DNA from: Stylophora pistillata
Lineage: Eukaryota
DNA: 64,000 nt
Direction of reading: 5' to 3'
Assembly: GCF_002571385.2 (NCBI RefSeq)
Contig: NW_019217851.1
Location: 346,971-410,970 of the forward strand
The stretch's first letter is position 1; the number at the start of each line of letters is the position of its first letter. Under the pieces are notes generated by a model. The model ran no database searches. It was given only the letters and a program-made list of their open reading frames with translations, and had not been told where the DNA came from. Shown here one piece after another: positions 26,901-41,579 of this stretch. The position numbers were made by a program, and so were the translations under genes.

Positions 26901-29900
26901 TAGTTGTCATCATCGTTAAAATTATGCCGGTGGTATCAAAATTCCGTCTCGACAATACTGTCATAACCATTTTTCTTCGTGTCAAATATTATGAGAATGA
27001 AAATAAATTTTTTCTGTGACACCAGAAACACGCTCCTTTGTCAAGGACAGAGCGAATAATTGGCAACAGAACCGAAAAGGCAGTAAAATGTGGGAATCTG
27101 ACGAGGGATTTGCCGCTTTCTTTTGATTCCGTTTCCCAGTTATTGGCAGTATCCTTAATCAAGGAGCATGGATCCAGGCTATAAACGAAACGAGTACATG
27201 TCAAATGGAAGTCTACTATCTAACCTTGCCAACGCCTGTCGTTCCAGTAAACATAACGGATCTATTGACAACAACCAGCTTCTCCATCAGGAATCCATAT
27301 CTGACCGTGTCTACAGTAGGCACCAGCAGGTCAAAGTATGGGATCTCTGGGCTGTACTTAAATGATGGAATTATCTTTTCCCATGGTTCAAGACGGCGTG
27401 TGTCAAAATCCACGAAGTAACTGAACAGATCACCTGAACCTGGAAGCTGTGCAAAGAGACAAAGACTAGTTTAGAGCTTGTGCGAGGAAGCTTTGAAAAG
27501 ACTTGAAAGGAATTTCTGTTTTCCTTTTTAACAATGCACTTCATTTATCCCTTACCTAAATTATAGTTACAATTGTCTCAGTATCATAAAATAATGAAAA
27601 TGAAGGGTAACTGACAGCCCGAAAAAACCTTAATTACTTAAAAAATGCTACGTTGCCAGTTATTTACATAATTTCGCAGTTTATGGTCGTTTATTGAAAT
27701 AAAAAGTTTACAATGTAGGTACACGAGTGCACTCAATAAAACCAGGTGAAGGAAATTTAGAAGAATAAAAGACAGTGCAAACTGCTACAAGACAATGAAA
27801 TAATAACTTTTGGTAAGATGGTGTTCTAATTTGCGCTTGCGAGGGCTCATTGAAGTGCAATTCATTTTATTTTTTATTCTTTCACTTACCTTCACGTCCT
27901 GTGTATCTGAGAACAAGTCCCTCGAAAATGTGTCAAAAGCGTCCATAGAAGACTCTACTAAATTGCCACCAATACTCCACAGGAAAGTGAAGAGGAAGGC
28001 GGTGCAAATAAGCGAGTGTAACTTGTTGGCATCCATATTAAAATCTGGGCCTCCTTTCTCTGGAAAAAAAAAGCTTTCTAGAAGGCAGCACATAGTTGTC
28101 ACTTTATTTATGTCGACCTGAAAAAAAGAAGTATTCAGTGTTATAGTTAGGTAAACACTTAAAGTTCTTTTGTCGCTCAAGTTACAAACTTTTAACAAAT
28201 GTATGAACGGTTATAGCCTCAACGCCTTTGTTTTCTTGTCAATAAATCTTCATTGGAAGTTACGAGGCAATGGAAACTTTTCAAAGTTCGCCCTAGAACC
28301 CGTAGCAATTTCCTTTTACCAAATGTAGCCTGTCTACCAGTTACATTTCAACCCAGTTTACCTGTTGCATGGCTTGAACACATTTCTTCCTCGCAAAGTT
28401 GAGTCCGTTATCCACGTAATTCTCAAACAGATTCATCAGATACTCCTGTAAGCAAAAAGTCGTAAGAAAAATTGATGTGGACTTTCGATAATACAGGGCA
28501 ATGACCACGGTACTGTATAACGACCGTATTTATCAGACAGAGTCACTCAAATTTGGCCCAAATAGAAGAAAATGTATCAAAAATGTTTTCGGCCAGGGCC
28601 CCAAAGATGCACAAGTGTTTTGTATTCTTCTACCCTTTTTACTGTGATTAAGACAAGGAATTATTGAATCACCTTTGTGAGCCTTACTTTTAGACTCAAT
28701 GTATCTGTTACAATGTTTCTGAAAGCCGAGAACCAGATAAGGTTGTACAGCTGGCAATTTTAATTCAACATACTAGATAACTTCGTATCGTCAGCCTCTT
28801 CAGCCGTTAGAGAATTGTAAGAAAATCGTGCAGGACTTCGGAAGATGTACCAGAGAGCAGCTTGAAGAAACCTGGATTTTTCTCAGAATCATTTTGCTCT
28901 ACAAGCTTTCCTGCGTAAACTGAGTATCTAACTACAAAGTTCTTACTTGAAATTCCCGGATTTGTGGATTTGTCCCCTTGTTTTTAAACAGAAAACCGAA
29001 TACTGGATGTTGACTTGTTGATACTACTGGATGGCAAATCTACACGTAAAAACCGTGAAATAAATACCTTTGTTTCATCTTTCATCTTTGTACACGTTCT
29101 CTGCATCCAGGACTTGACATATGGCCTCCAGCCTAGTTCATTAGGGTCCATGTACACCATACCACACCTGAAATAAACACACACAAAAATCGAACAACAC
29201 AGCGTGAGGGAGTGGGCACGAAGACACAGGCAACCAAAGATGTCGCGTGCGCCGCATGTATTTCATAGTTTTAACGGATCTATCATTATCGATTATGGTT
29301 GTGTCACCATAACGTTTATCTGATTCCCCTCCTAAGCTCTGTAATATTCTTATGATTCTCCTTCATTGGCAGCTATTGGCAGTCAATTTCCTATACGTAG
29401 TTCTCACTTTTGACTCTGTTGGCAACGAATAATCCCTCCTTCGTTTCCCCTGAAAACCACGTGGTACCCCAAATTTCTCCACCTCACCCCGGGGATAAAT
29501 AATGACTGGTCCCTGACAACAAATTACTTTTTGATGGCGTGTTTTTAATCTAAACATTGGTGAACAGAGTTAGGAGCCATACCTGCTGACTGTAGCTGGG
29601 GAAGCAACAGCAAGATCCTGCACCTCGAACAACATGTGCATGGTGTTGTTGAGTTTGATTCTCTCACTGTTTGCCAAACAGAGCATCTTGTTGTCATCCA
29701 AAACAGTGTTCATGTTTTCGATCCATAGAGCGTCCACAGGACCATCGCAGACAATCCACTTGTGATCTTCAGTAGTGTCCTATTTGATTCCGAAGCAATG
29801 AAACAGTTGTTAGTATGAGAAAAAGATTCAAATGATCAGCTCATCTCAACACACGCAGCATACACGACCACTAGCCACGTCACAGGCCATGACATTGCAT

Positions 29901-32900
29901 CGTACCTGAACACAAACTCTAACAGTGACGGCCATGAGTCCGTCTCTCCATTCCATTGTGAGCTTGTTAATCTCCCCGTACAGCTCTCCCATACTAACAG
30001 CCTGTAATAACAAATAGGAGGAACTGACAAATGTGCTAACAACGCGAATTGACTTCCTTAGAAGAAGCACACCTAACGACAGTAAAATTCGATCATACCT
30101 TGGGATTCAACACGTATGTGCGAACTTTTTGGTAATAAGGATTTTCGTCTCCTTCTTCGTGTAATGTTGTCAGCGTGTCTTTAAGAACCTACAAGTGACA
30201 AAAGTAATGATAGGTATGGCCTACATCTAAAAATTAACGCTTTTTTTTTTTTGGTAAAGAGCAGATTAGAAGTCCACACACAGTTCATCTTACAACCCGT
30301 ATGCAAGGGTTTCAATTAAAGGCGGTTACCGCTGGTGTACCGCCGCCGCCTATAAGACATCTTACCGCTGTCTCTTTACCTCGAAAGCAGACTGTTGAGT
30401 TTAGGTTTCGCCTTCCGGCCCCTTTTCCGGCCACAACCGCCTGTTACAACAACCCCAGCCGCTTATGGAAAAAGTTTATTGAACGCGTTATGTATAGGAT
30501 AATGAAGTGAGTGACAGTGCTAACCTCATAGCTTGTTGTCTTCCCCCCTCCAGTGGGTCCTACAGTCATCACACCATGCCGCACAATCATTGTCTCGTAC
30601 AACTGGATAGTCTTTTTTACCATTGAAGGAACAACCTCAAGGAACAAAATTTGAAATGTTATGTGTGGGATTCCATAACCACTGCAACTGATAAGCTTTA
30701 ATGTGCGAGATGAGCAGCATGTGATGTTCAACAACGAAAAGGCTGCAGCGTAGCACTGTCATCGTCTGTTATCATTCGCCGTTCCCTGATGACAGCGTCA
30801 TCCCACACTTGTATCATTCAATAATGAGTCCTTACGAGGCCGAAACAGCTGTCCAAAAAATAACTTACTGATAAAAATAAAAAATAACTTGCTGATAAAA
30901 ATAACTTACTTTACACGATATTTTTAGTGCACAAGACTTGGTGTCAACATCATGGACACCTTGGTGTGAATTCTGTCGCCAAAACCCGTTCTTACATCCC
31001 CCTTCCCCCCCCACCCCTAATGAATACCAACTCATTCAGATTCCGTTTCACTCCATTGACTGTCAATAAAGAGAGTGCAATACCTGACAACCTTTCTTGA
31101 GCAAGCATTCTTCAATAGTAGCTTGTAGTTTGCCATAATCGTGATCTGGAATCTCCTTACCGGGGAAAAGATCTGATAGGATGGCCTTGAGAAAAAGAAC
31201 ACAGGTACCAATGAGTTAAGAGAAACATTCAAACCGGTAATGACAACAACTCAGTATACAGAACGCGATTCTTTAATCCTTCGACCCTTGAGAGTGACCA
31301 GTATCTAAGTTTTTCTTACAATATCACATTAAGGCCAGGAGAATAAAACAACTGATTACAGAAGCTCTTCAATGTTTATCAAAATCTCCTTGTTAGCACC
31401 TCAGGAAATGCATAGAGAAGAGTAACGAGAACATGCATATTGATGTTGAGGTGTAAAGGGTTAAAATACATAGTATATAAATTACAAATGAGCCCTGAAT
31501 TACTTACTCTGAAGAGCTCAGCGTCCTGTTTAAGAAACTTGGGCAAGTTGCTGTCCCTCAGAGCTCTGATGAGCACGATATCTTCATTCAGATTAGGGTT
31601 TCCTCTCTTAAGCGCTCCAGCCATAACAAGCACAGACTTGACAGCTCTCATACCAAAGTCATAATGATCCTGTTGAGAAAGCTGTTCACTGCACAATCGG
31701 TACATCTGCACCATCTTCCGAGCCAGGTTTTTAGAGGATTCAAAGCCTTCGGAATACAGGATCACTTCCGCAATCAAGGCTGCAAACAGACAAGTAAGGG
31801 CCGGTCGTTTAAACAAAGTTTAGCCGTCGTTTAACAAAACCGCGTTCAAAGCCATCTTCAATTTAGCAGAACCTTCTATCTGAACGTTTACTTAATTAAA
31901 TGAACTCTGTTACAGAAAATCTCTGATCTCGGATCTCTGCTTGCGTACAACTGCGGTTTGGGTTAGACCTCGTGTAAATAACCGGCCCTAAATGTTTAAA
32001 CTCTTCGATCAAAAAAGGTGTTACGCTTTTCAAGAGAGCTTTTTATTTATCAATGAACATTTCTTGAGGTTCAACATTTTTCTGATTTGAAATTTGATAA
32101 AGCATTATGGTTGTCTTTAACCTCAAATCTATTACCACACTCTGAAACAGAAGAAAACAAAAAGTGAACTGGATTGAAACATTTTCAACCACAAAGAGTT
32201 TGAAACATGACACCAACGAGAAATTAATGGTAATGATGACAACTATACATCAATTAATTATGTGTAAAGTTTGGGCTTGATCATAAAACAAAGAAAGAAG
32301 TTACTCGTCTTGTCACGGGTGTAAGAGAAAGAGCGAACTGGGTCCTACTAGAAATTAAACCCCAGACCTTCGGGTTCAGTGTTCCAATGCTCTACCATTG
32401 AGCTAAAGGGAACTCTGTGGTGAGCTGGGCCAATATCAGAAATAAACGTTGTAGGGTTACGGACTGAAGAGAACGCAGTAAACCTCGCACACTTACCATA
32501 GTCTGGTACCATCATAGCCATCGGTCTGAACAAGGCCTTTAAGTTGTCCGGTAATTCTGTCCGACCAGCATAGCCAGGGTTCATTGTGATGAATGCCGCA
32601 CAGCTTGGAATAAGTTTGATCTCACGCCCTTCAAACATGAAACGGGATGCCTACAGCAACAAAACATTCTCTCAACGATTTTTCCTTTAAAACGTAAAAG
32701 TGTCAAGCTAATGAGCCTATAGCAGTTTCAGAACACAATAAAAAATTTTACCTTTGCAACTTTGGCGTTTCTTATGGTGAGAAGCTGCTGAGCAATAACA
32801 GACAATACTTCGATGTCAATTCTGTTGAACTCGTCAAAACAGCACCAGGCTCCTGACTGAGCCAAGCCGGAAAAGAAGCGTCCCATCATCTTGAAGTCCA

Positions 32901-34245
32901 GTCCTTCAGAGCAGTTGAACACCACGCATTGCTTAGCCAGGGCCTTAGCTAAGTCCTACATATAAACCACAGAAGAGATATCGATCTGTGACTTTATTGC
33001 AGTCAGACCTTACATAAGGAGCGAGTTCTATGAAACTTTTCATACAGCATTGTGAAAATCTAAAAAGAGAGAAATCTGGCAGTCTGCGTTTTCGGGGCTT
33101 TTTCACGAAACATGACGAATTCAAAATAAATTCAAGACCAATTTAGGAAACTTTCGCGCGATCAATTGTTCTCTACTCGATTTTCATTCGCAGGTCAAAT
33201 GAAATTTATTTCGTTAAAACTGAATTACTATTTTGTCAGTAGAGAGTCAATGCAAGACGAAGCATCATTATATAAATGAAGCTTTATTGTCTAAGGCTAA
33301 TGGTTTACCTTAGTAGTCTCTGTTTTTCCTGTCCCAGCGGGCCCTGCGGGTGCACCTCCCAAGTCAAGCTGTAGTGCTCCCATCAAACACAAGTAGCACC
33401 GATCCTTTAAACAAAGAGACACCATTTGTTCCGCTATGACAGAGACATGCAAGGTCTCGCATACTCAATTTGTTAAGTTGTGAAATGCTTTTCTTTTAAA
33501 AAGAATTCAATTGAAGGTGATGTTTAGATATTACATCTGTGGCTTGTTACATGTGGTCGTGTGTACAAACTTATCAACAAATTACTGGAATACATCACAC
33601 TGATAATTTTTGTCATACAAAAAGCACCTAGGACGGAATTATGTTGCAATACGTCGCACGAAGTCGATCTGGTTTGAACCTGCGTGACAATCCAAGCTGA
33701 AAACTGATGTCTAAGCAACTGGTTTGGAAGGCAATACACATTGAGCGGTTTACCACAAAGACCGGTTGCACTGATCTGTAGTGATGTATTTAATGAAAAG
33801 CAAAGAGAGTATGCAAACGCAGTAAGAGCACCGAGCTAAACTATATCCACGCTGCAGTGGCACAAAATCCTTTTTTGAAAATACCCATAGGAGCACACAG
33901 ATGATTCATTAAAGACTTGCAATTTAAATATGTCTTACTGTGAGTGGTGTGATGACCAAGCGAGGTGAGGCACCAAGGTACTCGTAACCATATATGTACA
34001 AAGAGTTAGACATGCGCACAACACAGTTGTCCAGGTCAGGATCCCAGTAATAACGTAGCTGTTTCACCCACTCAAAACTGTTCACATTATCAACCTGAAG
34101 TATTCAACAAACAATAAGGTCAATTCTATGTAAGGTTAAAGGTTTGAGGCGTCTCCTAGGGACCTAACTTTAACAAAAAGTTCGCAAAATCAACAACAGT
34201 TGAGCGAAAGACTCGAAGGAAATAAAACTACGGTCTCAATTTATC

Positions 34246-34302
<57 letters not shown>

Positions 34303-37300
34303 ATCTTTATTATTATAGATCAAACTAAACACTTGCAGACATACGTGCAAGTTTAAAACGGATCTCTACAAACATTAAACTAAATGAAATTAAAAAGAGA
34401 CCTATTTATAACACAGCGCTTTGTCCAAGCAGTGTTCGTTTCCATCAAATTTAGGTGCAGTAAAGAGATAAGTCAAGTGGAAGTGGAAGTGTAAATTTTA
34501 AAAAATGCGATAAGCAGTGCAGCTTTATGCAAATTTAATGCACTTTATTACATCTCTCAGTTAGTAGGCACGCCATGATTGGTCCATTTAGCGGGCCATA
34601 TTTCACCGCACGGCCCGCTGGATTCAAAAGTTTGTTTCAACTGAAATCTTCCTCTCTATTTGAACCCAGAGATATCATAAATATCTTACTAACCTGGTTT
34701 CCTCGGTCCGTACTCTGAGTTACGAACCTGATTTTTGCCACTCGGATTTATGACCCACGCGGTTAACTAACATTACAGACTTCGAAGTCGGTTTGTAAAA
34801 GGTATCCTATTGATGACTTTTCGCTCGTTGATGCCAATGTACGTTAACGAAATTCATCGCTACTGATATTTCACTTCATTAAAATGAAACACATAAAGCT
34901 GCTAATCCAATTTTCAGACTGCGTCAAACTTAATTAAAACGACAGCAAGGTAAAATGCAACATCGCCTATTTTATCACCAAGCATCAAGATAAAAATCAA
35001 GACAAGACGAGTTAAGATATGTTAATGCAGCTGTATGCAATAATAAAGTTAATAACCTGATGCTCCACCATTCCTGTGACTATATCCCTTGCATGCACAT
35101 CAATAGTAATTAAAGCACACAGAATGTTCCTGGTCAGTTTTGGAAGCTCTCCACGAACCAGTGCAGCAAGCTTGTTCAAATTCTAGGGGGGAGTTAGAAT
35201 AAAAAAATAGTATCAGCTTAAAATACTATCGTGTCTCAGGAGTTAAAAAATTTACGTCATAATCTGCTCCCCTTTTTGACCCCTTTTTCAGCGATGAAAA
35301 CGAAGTCGTGTTGTGCTGTGCTGTGCTTGATCAAAGATCAAAGTGTCTCAAGCGCAGTTTATGAAAATGTGAACCAATCATAGGAATCAAAAACTAATAA
35401 AAGTTTGTAATGTCTTACAGTGACACAAATCTGTTCGGCTTCCTTCATTGCCTCTAACCTATCACCTTCCTTAACCAAACATTCCGTGATATCACGACAC
35501 CACATGGTCTGAGAAATGGTCAGAACAACCTACAACAACAAACAGTTAAGGAACAAATTAAACATTTTACTTACTTGCCCATGATGCATTCTGTATTTGA
35601 AAAAGCTTAACGATTATGAATGTATAAAAGCTGTTTAAGGAAAAGAGGTTAATAGCACCCTGTTTAAAAGTGTAATTCTTAAACAAATATCGACTGAGAT
35701 GAGATAAGTTAGGAGTGAAACTCCCTAAAAAGCCTTCAAAACATTTTGGCTCTCCAACTATTAAATTACTGTTCTTCTTTATATCGTATCGTTGATCTTT
35801 TATAACCAGGACATATGGCTGAGTAATAAATAACAGAATTCAAATAACACACGGTGTTGACAAGTACAGAAATGTGACAAATATGATTTAGTGGTATATA
35901 CCACACAAGGGAATAGTGCTTTTCGTGCGCGCTGATCGGCTAGTTCGGAAGCAAATAGCGAGATGAGACAAAATCGCGCGTCAGGAGTTTAATTTTGACC
36001 ATTTTTCGGTATATTACAAGAAATAAACTACGCTTTTGGTAGCTGTGTGGTATGCATTAAACAATTATCCACCTTAGTTTTGGTGAAAGTGGTGGAAATT
36101 TACCTCCACTTTGATGAATAATTGTTAATTATAGACACAGTATAGCGTTAGTTTACCTGGCTCGGATGTAGTGTAACCCATTCTTCTCTCGGTTTGCTCT
36201 CATAATCAGTTATAGAAGCCTTGGCTAGTTTTCTGAGTGAAGAAACCATGGACTCCTCAACCTTACCAAGCCAGTCTTCCACATTACCACGAGCCTTCAA
36301 ACCCTTCAACAAATAGTAAAAAAAGGCATAAGTTTGACTAGAACCTCTGGCAAAAACTAGTAGCCCTACATTTATGTTAAAAACAAAAAGGACAGGAAGG
36401 AAATCTGGTTGTTCACCTTTGTAAGTCCAACTCTCTCGCCTTCAGGCGAGATCATTGCAAGGATATCATTAGTCTTTGTTTCAGCTGCCTTACCAGCTGA
36501 GGTGGCTGTAAAAACAGACAATGCAGCAAACGTTAGACAAACCTAAGACAAACGCTAGTCTCTTGAATACAGAGGACATACAACTGCAATGTACATCAGT
36601 CGCAAAGGATGGATATAGCAAGGACTGGAGGGAACTTTCCTATTTTGAAGCTCGCTTGAACTAACCCTACAATCTATTATACTCGTCACAGGAGCATTCT
36701 GTGATCTATTTTTTCCTACTTATGCTTTTCTTTAAAGGACCGAACGCATTGACTTATGATGTGGTTTATCTAACATAAAGCGGAGACTCAAAGAGAGGGT
36801 GACAATGAGTATTGGAATACATAAAGTGGCTTTTTAAACAGTAAATTTTAAGTATGGAAACGATTGCTTCTGCAATTAGACGGGCCAAATCGGACAGTTA
36901 CGTCGCCAACAAATCTCAGCTACCAAGCCAATACTAACCAATCAAAACGATCAATCCAATACTAGCCAATCAAAATGATCAATCCAATACTAGCCAATCA
37001 AACTTATCAATCCAATACTAGCCAATCAAAATTATCAATCCAATACTAGCCAATCAAAATGATGGAAACTTCTCAGGTGAGCAGGTTGAGATGTCCATAC
37101 TGAAAACAAACATGAACGAAATTAACCTGTCCAATGACTTTTATTCGCTATCAAAAAGAAGGGTTTTGCTCTTACATTCAATTTTTCATTTCTGACTTTC
37201 CCGCAGCTCGTTAATGACAATTAATTGGCAATAGGACTGATTGGAGTACAATTCAACGGCAATCATGCTCGTGATTTCACATTACTCTTGCGCTACGCCC

Positions 37301-40300
37301 GTCGCCAATTTGCGATGACTCGTCCGATTTCTCATTGAATTGTTCTCCATTCCGTCTTAGTACTGTTACACAGTAGTACTCACGTCTCTCTCCTGTTGGT
37401 GTGACTGGTTTTTCAGCCGCTGATGGTGTGGGAGGTGGCTGAGAAGCACTACCAAACTCAAGTCTGAGAAAAGTTCAATAAATGGGAAAAACGTGTTGGA
37501 CGGATTTTTCTTTCGAACTTTTATATGGTATATTGATGCTTTAAAGCTGAGAAGTACAAAAACTTACTTTGAAATGGCATCGAAACACTTTTGCAAGTGA
37601 GGCTGAACAGCATGCGGATTGCGCGTCTGTGATAAGATTTCCAACAACTCGTCGTTTGAAAGGAAATAGAACCTAAAATAACAAAGGAGAGTGTCATTCA
37701 CCATAAAACACTTAGTCACCACTTACACTAGAACTGAGCCAACAACAAACGAAGAACCTTAAAGTTTTCATTTCATAATTACCTTGGGAATATTACACAT
37801 TTGGACTCCAGGTACGCCTCAAGACACTTCTGAATTTGATCTAAAAGGGCATTGTTATTTTGAAATATCTCGAGCAGTCCTGAAACAGAAAACAAATAAA
37901 GCATTTCAAATTTCATTTACCACAAAAACTTGGACCACAATTGGGCTAAAACCTATCCTAATTGTAATGAGAAACCCGTACCGATTTCAGTGTAGAAGTT
38001 CCCACTTTTCTATCAATTCACAAAATTCTGAATAGCATTTTCAGTTGGCTGATGATTTACAAACTTTTCTTCTGTCTTTTTTTCCCAGAAGTGGGTCACT
38101 ATGTTGGTGAACCAATAGAAAGCGCTGTCTATTGTTCGAGTAAATAACTAGTGGAAGCGAACATTGAAAAAATCATCAAGTCTTTTCTTCTTCTTTTACT
38201 TTCAAGTGCTTTGATGACTGTGTCTTACTTCAGGCAAAGGAATCACCAGTCCCCTCATGAAATAATGAATACCAGTAATAAACACAGTCACTCTGTCAGG
38301 ATTCAGATGTATTCAATGTGAATGCATTTTAAAATCACCAATGATACTTTATTATTATAAAAGGGTTGAGTTTCTAGAGAAACTGAGGTGGTGTGTCGGC
38401 AGAGCGTATTACAAGACAATTTGTTTTTATAAACTGAGTTGACATTGTAAATTGGCCACCGTATAGAGTTTGTATAGCTAATGTTTGGAGTGTTGGCCTT
38501 TTTCAGAGTACAGCGTCATTAGCTTCGTCAATTGTCTTTTGCTCTGACGAAGGGCTAACGCTCGAAACTTCAGCTTTAGAAAGTAGTCCAAACATTTTAC
38601 GTTGGTCAATTTACATCACGTCAACTCACTTGATAAAACCAAATTACTTTACTTTCATATTTAACTCTTCTTAGTGGGATGTTTAGTCAGGTCAGTTAGT
38701 CAGCCACCTTAGAGGAACCTTCAGTGGCAGCTGGCGGTTATAACACACTCTGGAAAAGATAAAAAATTCCAGGCAGCTCTACAACAACACTCACCTGGTT
38801 GGGTAGCTGCTCTAAGAGCATTGGGAAGCCTGTGGACTTTTCTCATGACTTCCTTCCATGACTTGTCTACTGTCAGAAACATTTTGGCTTCAGCTGGTAG
38901 CTGACGCTGGATATCTGGAGCACTAAAGATGCTCTCGAGGTATAACCAGTTACGCTGGCAAGTCATCCACTCATCCTGATAAAGTAATAACAATATAACT
39001 CTCAAGTGTTTATAATTCTTACTCCTTGATTATGTTTTTTTTCTAAAACCCGGAGATGGAAAAGCACTGGGTGAAAGTGTGCTTTAAGTAGGTTTTACTT
39101 AGCCTATAAATATCGTTGACATACAATTTATCTTAAATAGCTTAACAATTTGGGAAGTATCTCTGAAAAGTATGATTCACTGTAAGCATCACTGAAAAGT
39201 AAATTCTAGCATATAAATAGTATAAAACGGTTGACGTATCTACGATGACCGCAGGTAATAATCATGATCACAACATAGCTTCGCAGGAAAAAAACACGTC
39301 CATTAATTCGACTCCTCCACAAGACTTGTAAGTCAGAAACTTTGAATCTCTTCAGGTCGTGATCGCATCACGGTTTATCCATCCTGTCAGACGAGCGCTT
39401 TATGAGTTTTGTTTTTCTTAGTAAAAACTTCTTGTCCCAAACAAACTAGCAGGTTCCTGATTTAAAAGCATCATATACATGTAAAATAACTTTGGAATGT
39501 AGATGCATGTTAATGAATTCTCACCAGTGTTTCACTGAAGAGATGAAGTTGCCTTTGCCAGTCATCCACTCTTGGTCTGATTGGGCCAACATGTCGAGAA
39601 CCAGCAATAGTGGATATATTAATCTGTAGAGAGAGTGGAGAGAGACAAAGTCATCGACTGATCATTTCCAAACATTGCTGAACAAATTCTAATCACCATG
39701 CTGTCATCAAGGAGAGCCTGGATATCATCAATTCCACCGAGGATGAACACGTCTTTTGAGTCACGATGGGGTAACACGATGAACTCTGTTTGCTTCCAGG
39801 AATCTTCAACCTGTACAGCATCAATAAAACAAACACGTGTATCAGCTTTTTTATGCGATTGCATGAATTGCAGCTCACCTGTTACGACCATGGCACTAAT
39901 TTCGTGCGCCATGATAGGTAAATTTAGCGAGCCTAAATACAAAAGTTTGTTTGCATTGAAATATTCCCCTCTTGTGAACCCAGAGATATCATAGATATCT
40001 TATTAACCTTCAAACACTGCAAGTCCGATACTGTAGGTTATGGGACCTCCTTTTTTCCTCTCAAATTTAACCCCTGTGCCAAATCCAAGTGGAAAAAAAC
40101 TCGGTCAATAACTTAAAGTACGGATCTAAGAGATATCAATTTTGACTTCAGCTTCGTTTTATTTAAGGTACACTACATTACAAATGCACAGTCATGAGCA
40201 GGGTTTTTTGTCCAAACCTTCTTGAGGATTCCTTCAAGAGATGCTTCACTAGACGCCTGCCCAGAGACTTCTTCAATAGCTTCTGTATGTTCAAAGGCAT

Positions 40301-41547
40301 CGATCTTGTTTAGTAATCCCAGAGTGAGTGGTTCTTCTTCAGTAAAGTGGTAACCAAAGATTTGTTGAATGTGCTCCCAGTGGCGAGGTTTCAGAGCTGG
40401 GTTACGCAGGTTCGTTATCACTGGCAACTATATGAAAACAAGTCAATGACGTATGTGGTTAATTAACTATTGTGACTGAATTTTCATACTGTGACCACTA
40501 ACAAGCCCAAACAATTCAGAGTACTTCTCTTAATCATGAAACGACCATGGTCTTTGGGTGCTGTGAAGTATTAATCTGCTTATTAAAACTTCTGACTGAG
40601 ATAAAAGCATTGAGAAAGACCAGCTTTGAGATTATTCGTGTTAAATAGGATTCCTCTAAGTTATTTTCAATTCTCTTCAATTCATATGTCCCTGTGTTCA
40701 TATCTACCTTATGTCTCATTCCTTCCACTTTTTCTTTCAGTATTGGTACCACTGAGTTGGGAGGAAGACCTTTCTCCAACTGCATAACTGTCTTAGCATA
40801 CTTCATCACTTGGTTGCTCAGAGCTTCTGGGTTGAGCTCTTCAAAAGGAAGCTGAAAAATTTTTGCATGCACAGTCAACTTCTTCAAGTTTTGGAAAATA
40901 GACTCACTTTGAAATAGGTTGTCCAGGAATCAAGAGGCTTTATTATCAATAAGCCACAACAAAAAAACAAACAAACAAACAGCTAAAAATTTTGTAAAGT
41001 ACATACATGTAATGAACTGTGCCCACCATGGAGAGACTTGATTAAGTAATCAAATTTGTAACAACTTAGCATGAGAAAAGCAAAAGGGAAAATGACATAT
41101 TAAAAAAAGAATGCAGAAGAGTAACACCCACCTCAAGCCATTCACCAGTAACATCATCCCATTCCACAAGTGAGTTCCACAATGCCTGCTTGAGCTTGAG
41201 CTCTGCATGAACTTCTTCAAGTTCTTCAAACTTGGCCACCTCCACCTATGAGAAGTGCAGAATTGTTAGATTAAACCTCATAATGCATTATACAAATATT
41301 GAGAGCATCAGTACAAGTTTAAGTTTTTGTTACCTCTAGTCTACCATCAAGCAAGGAGAAAGCTTAACTTAATACAAATGCATTTTAAAGGTGGCACAAG
41401 CTCTAGTAGGAAGATTTCCTGTAAATTTGTGTAGCCATTGCTAGAGGTTCAAAGAAAACTATAAACAAAAAGCAGTTAGCTCATAAATATGTCTATACAA
41501 AATAATTATGATTATTAAAAACTAGATCATTGGATAATGCAATTCAC

Positions 41548-41579
<32 letters not shown>

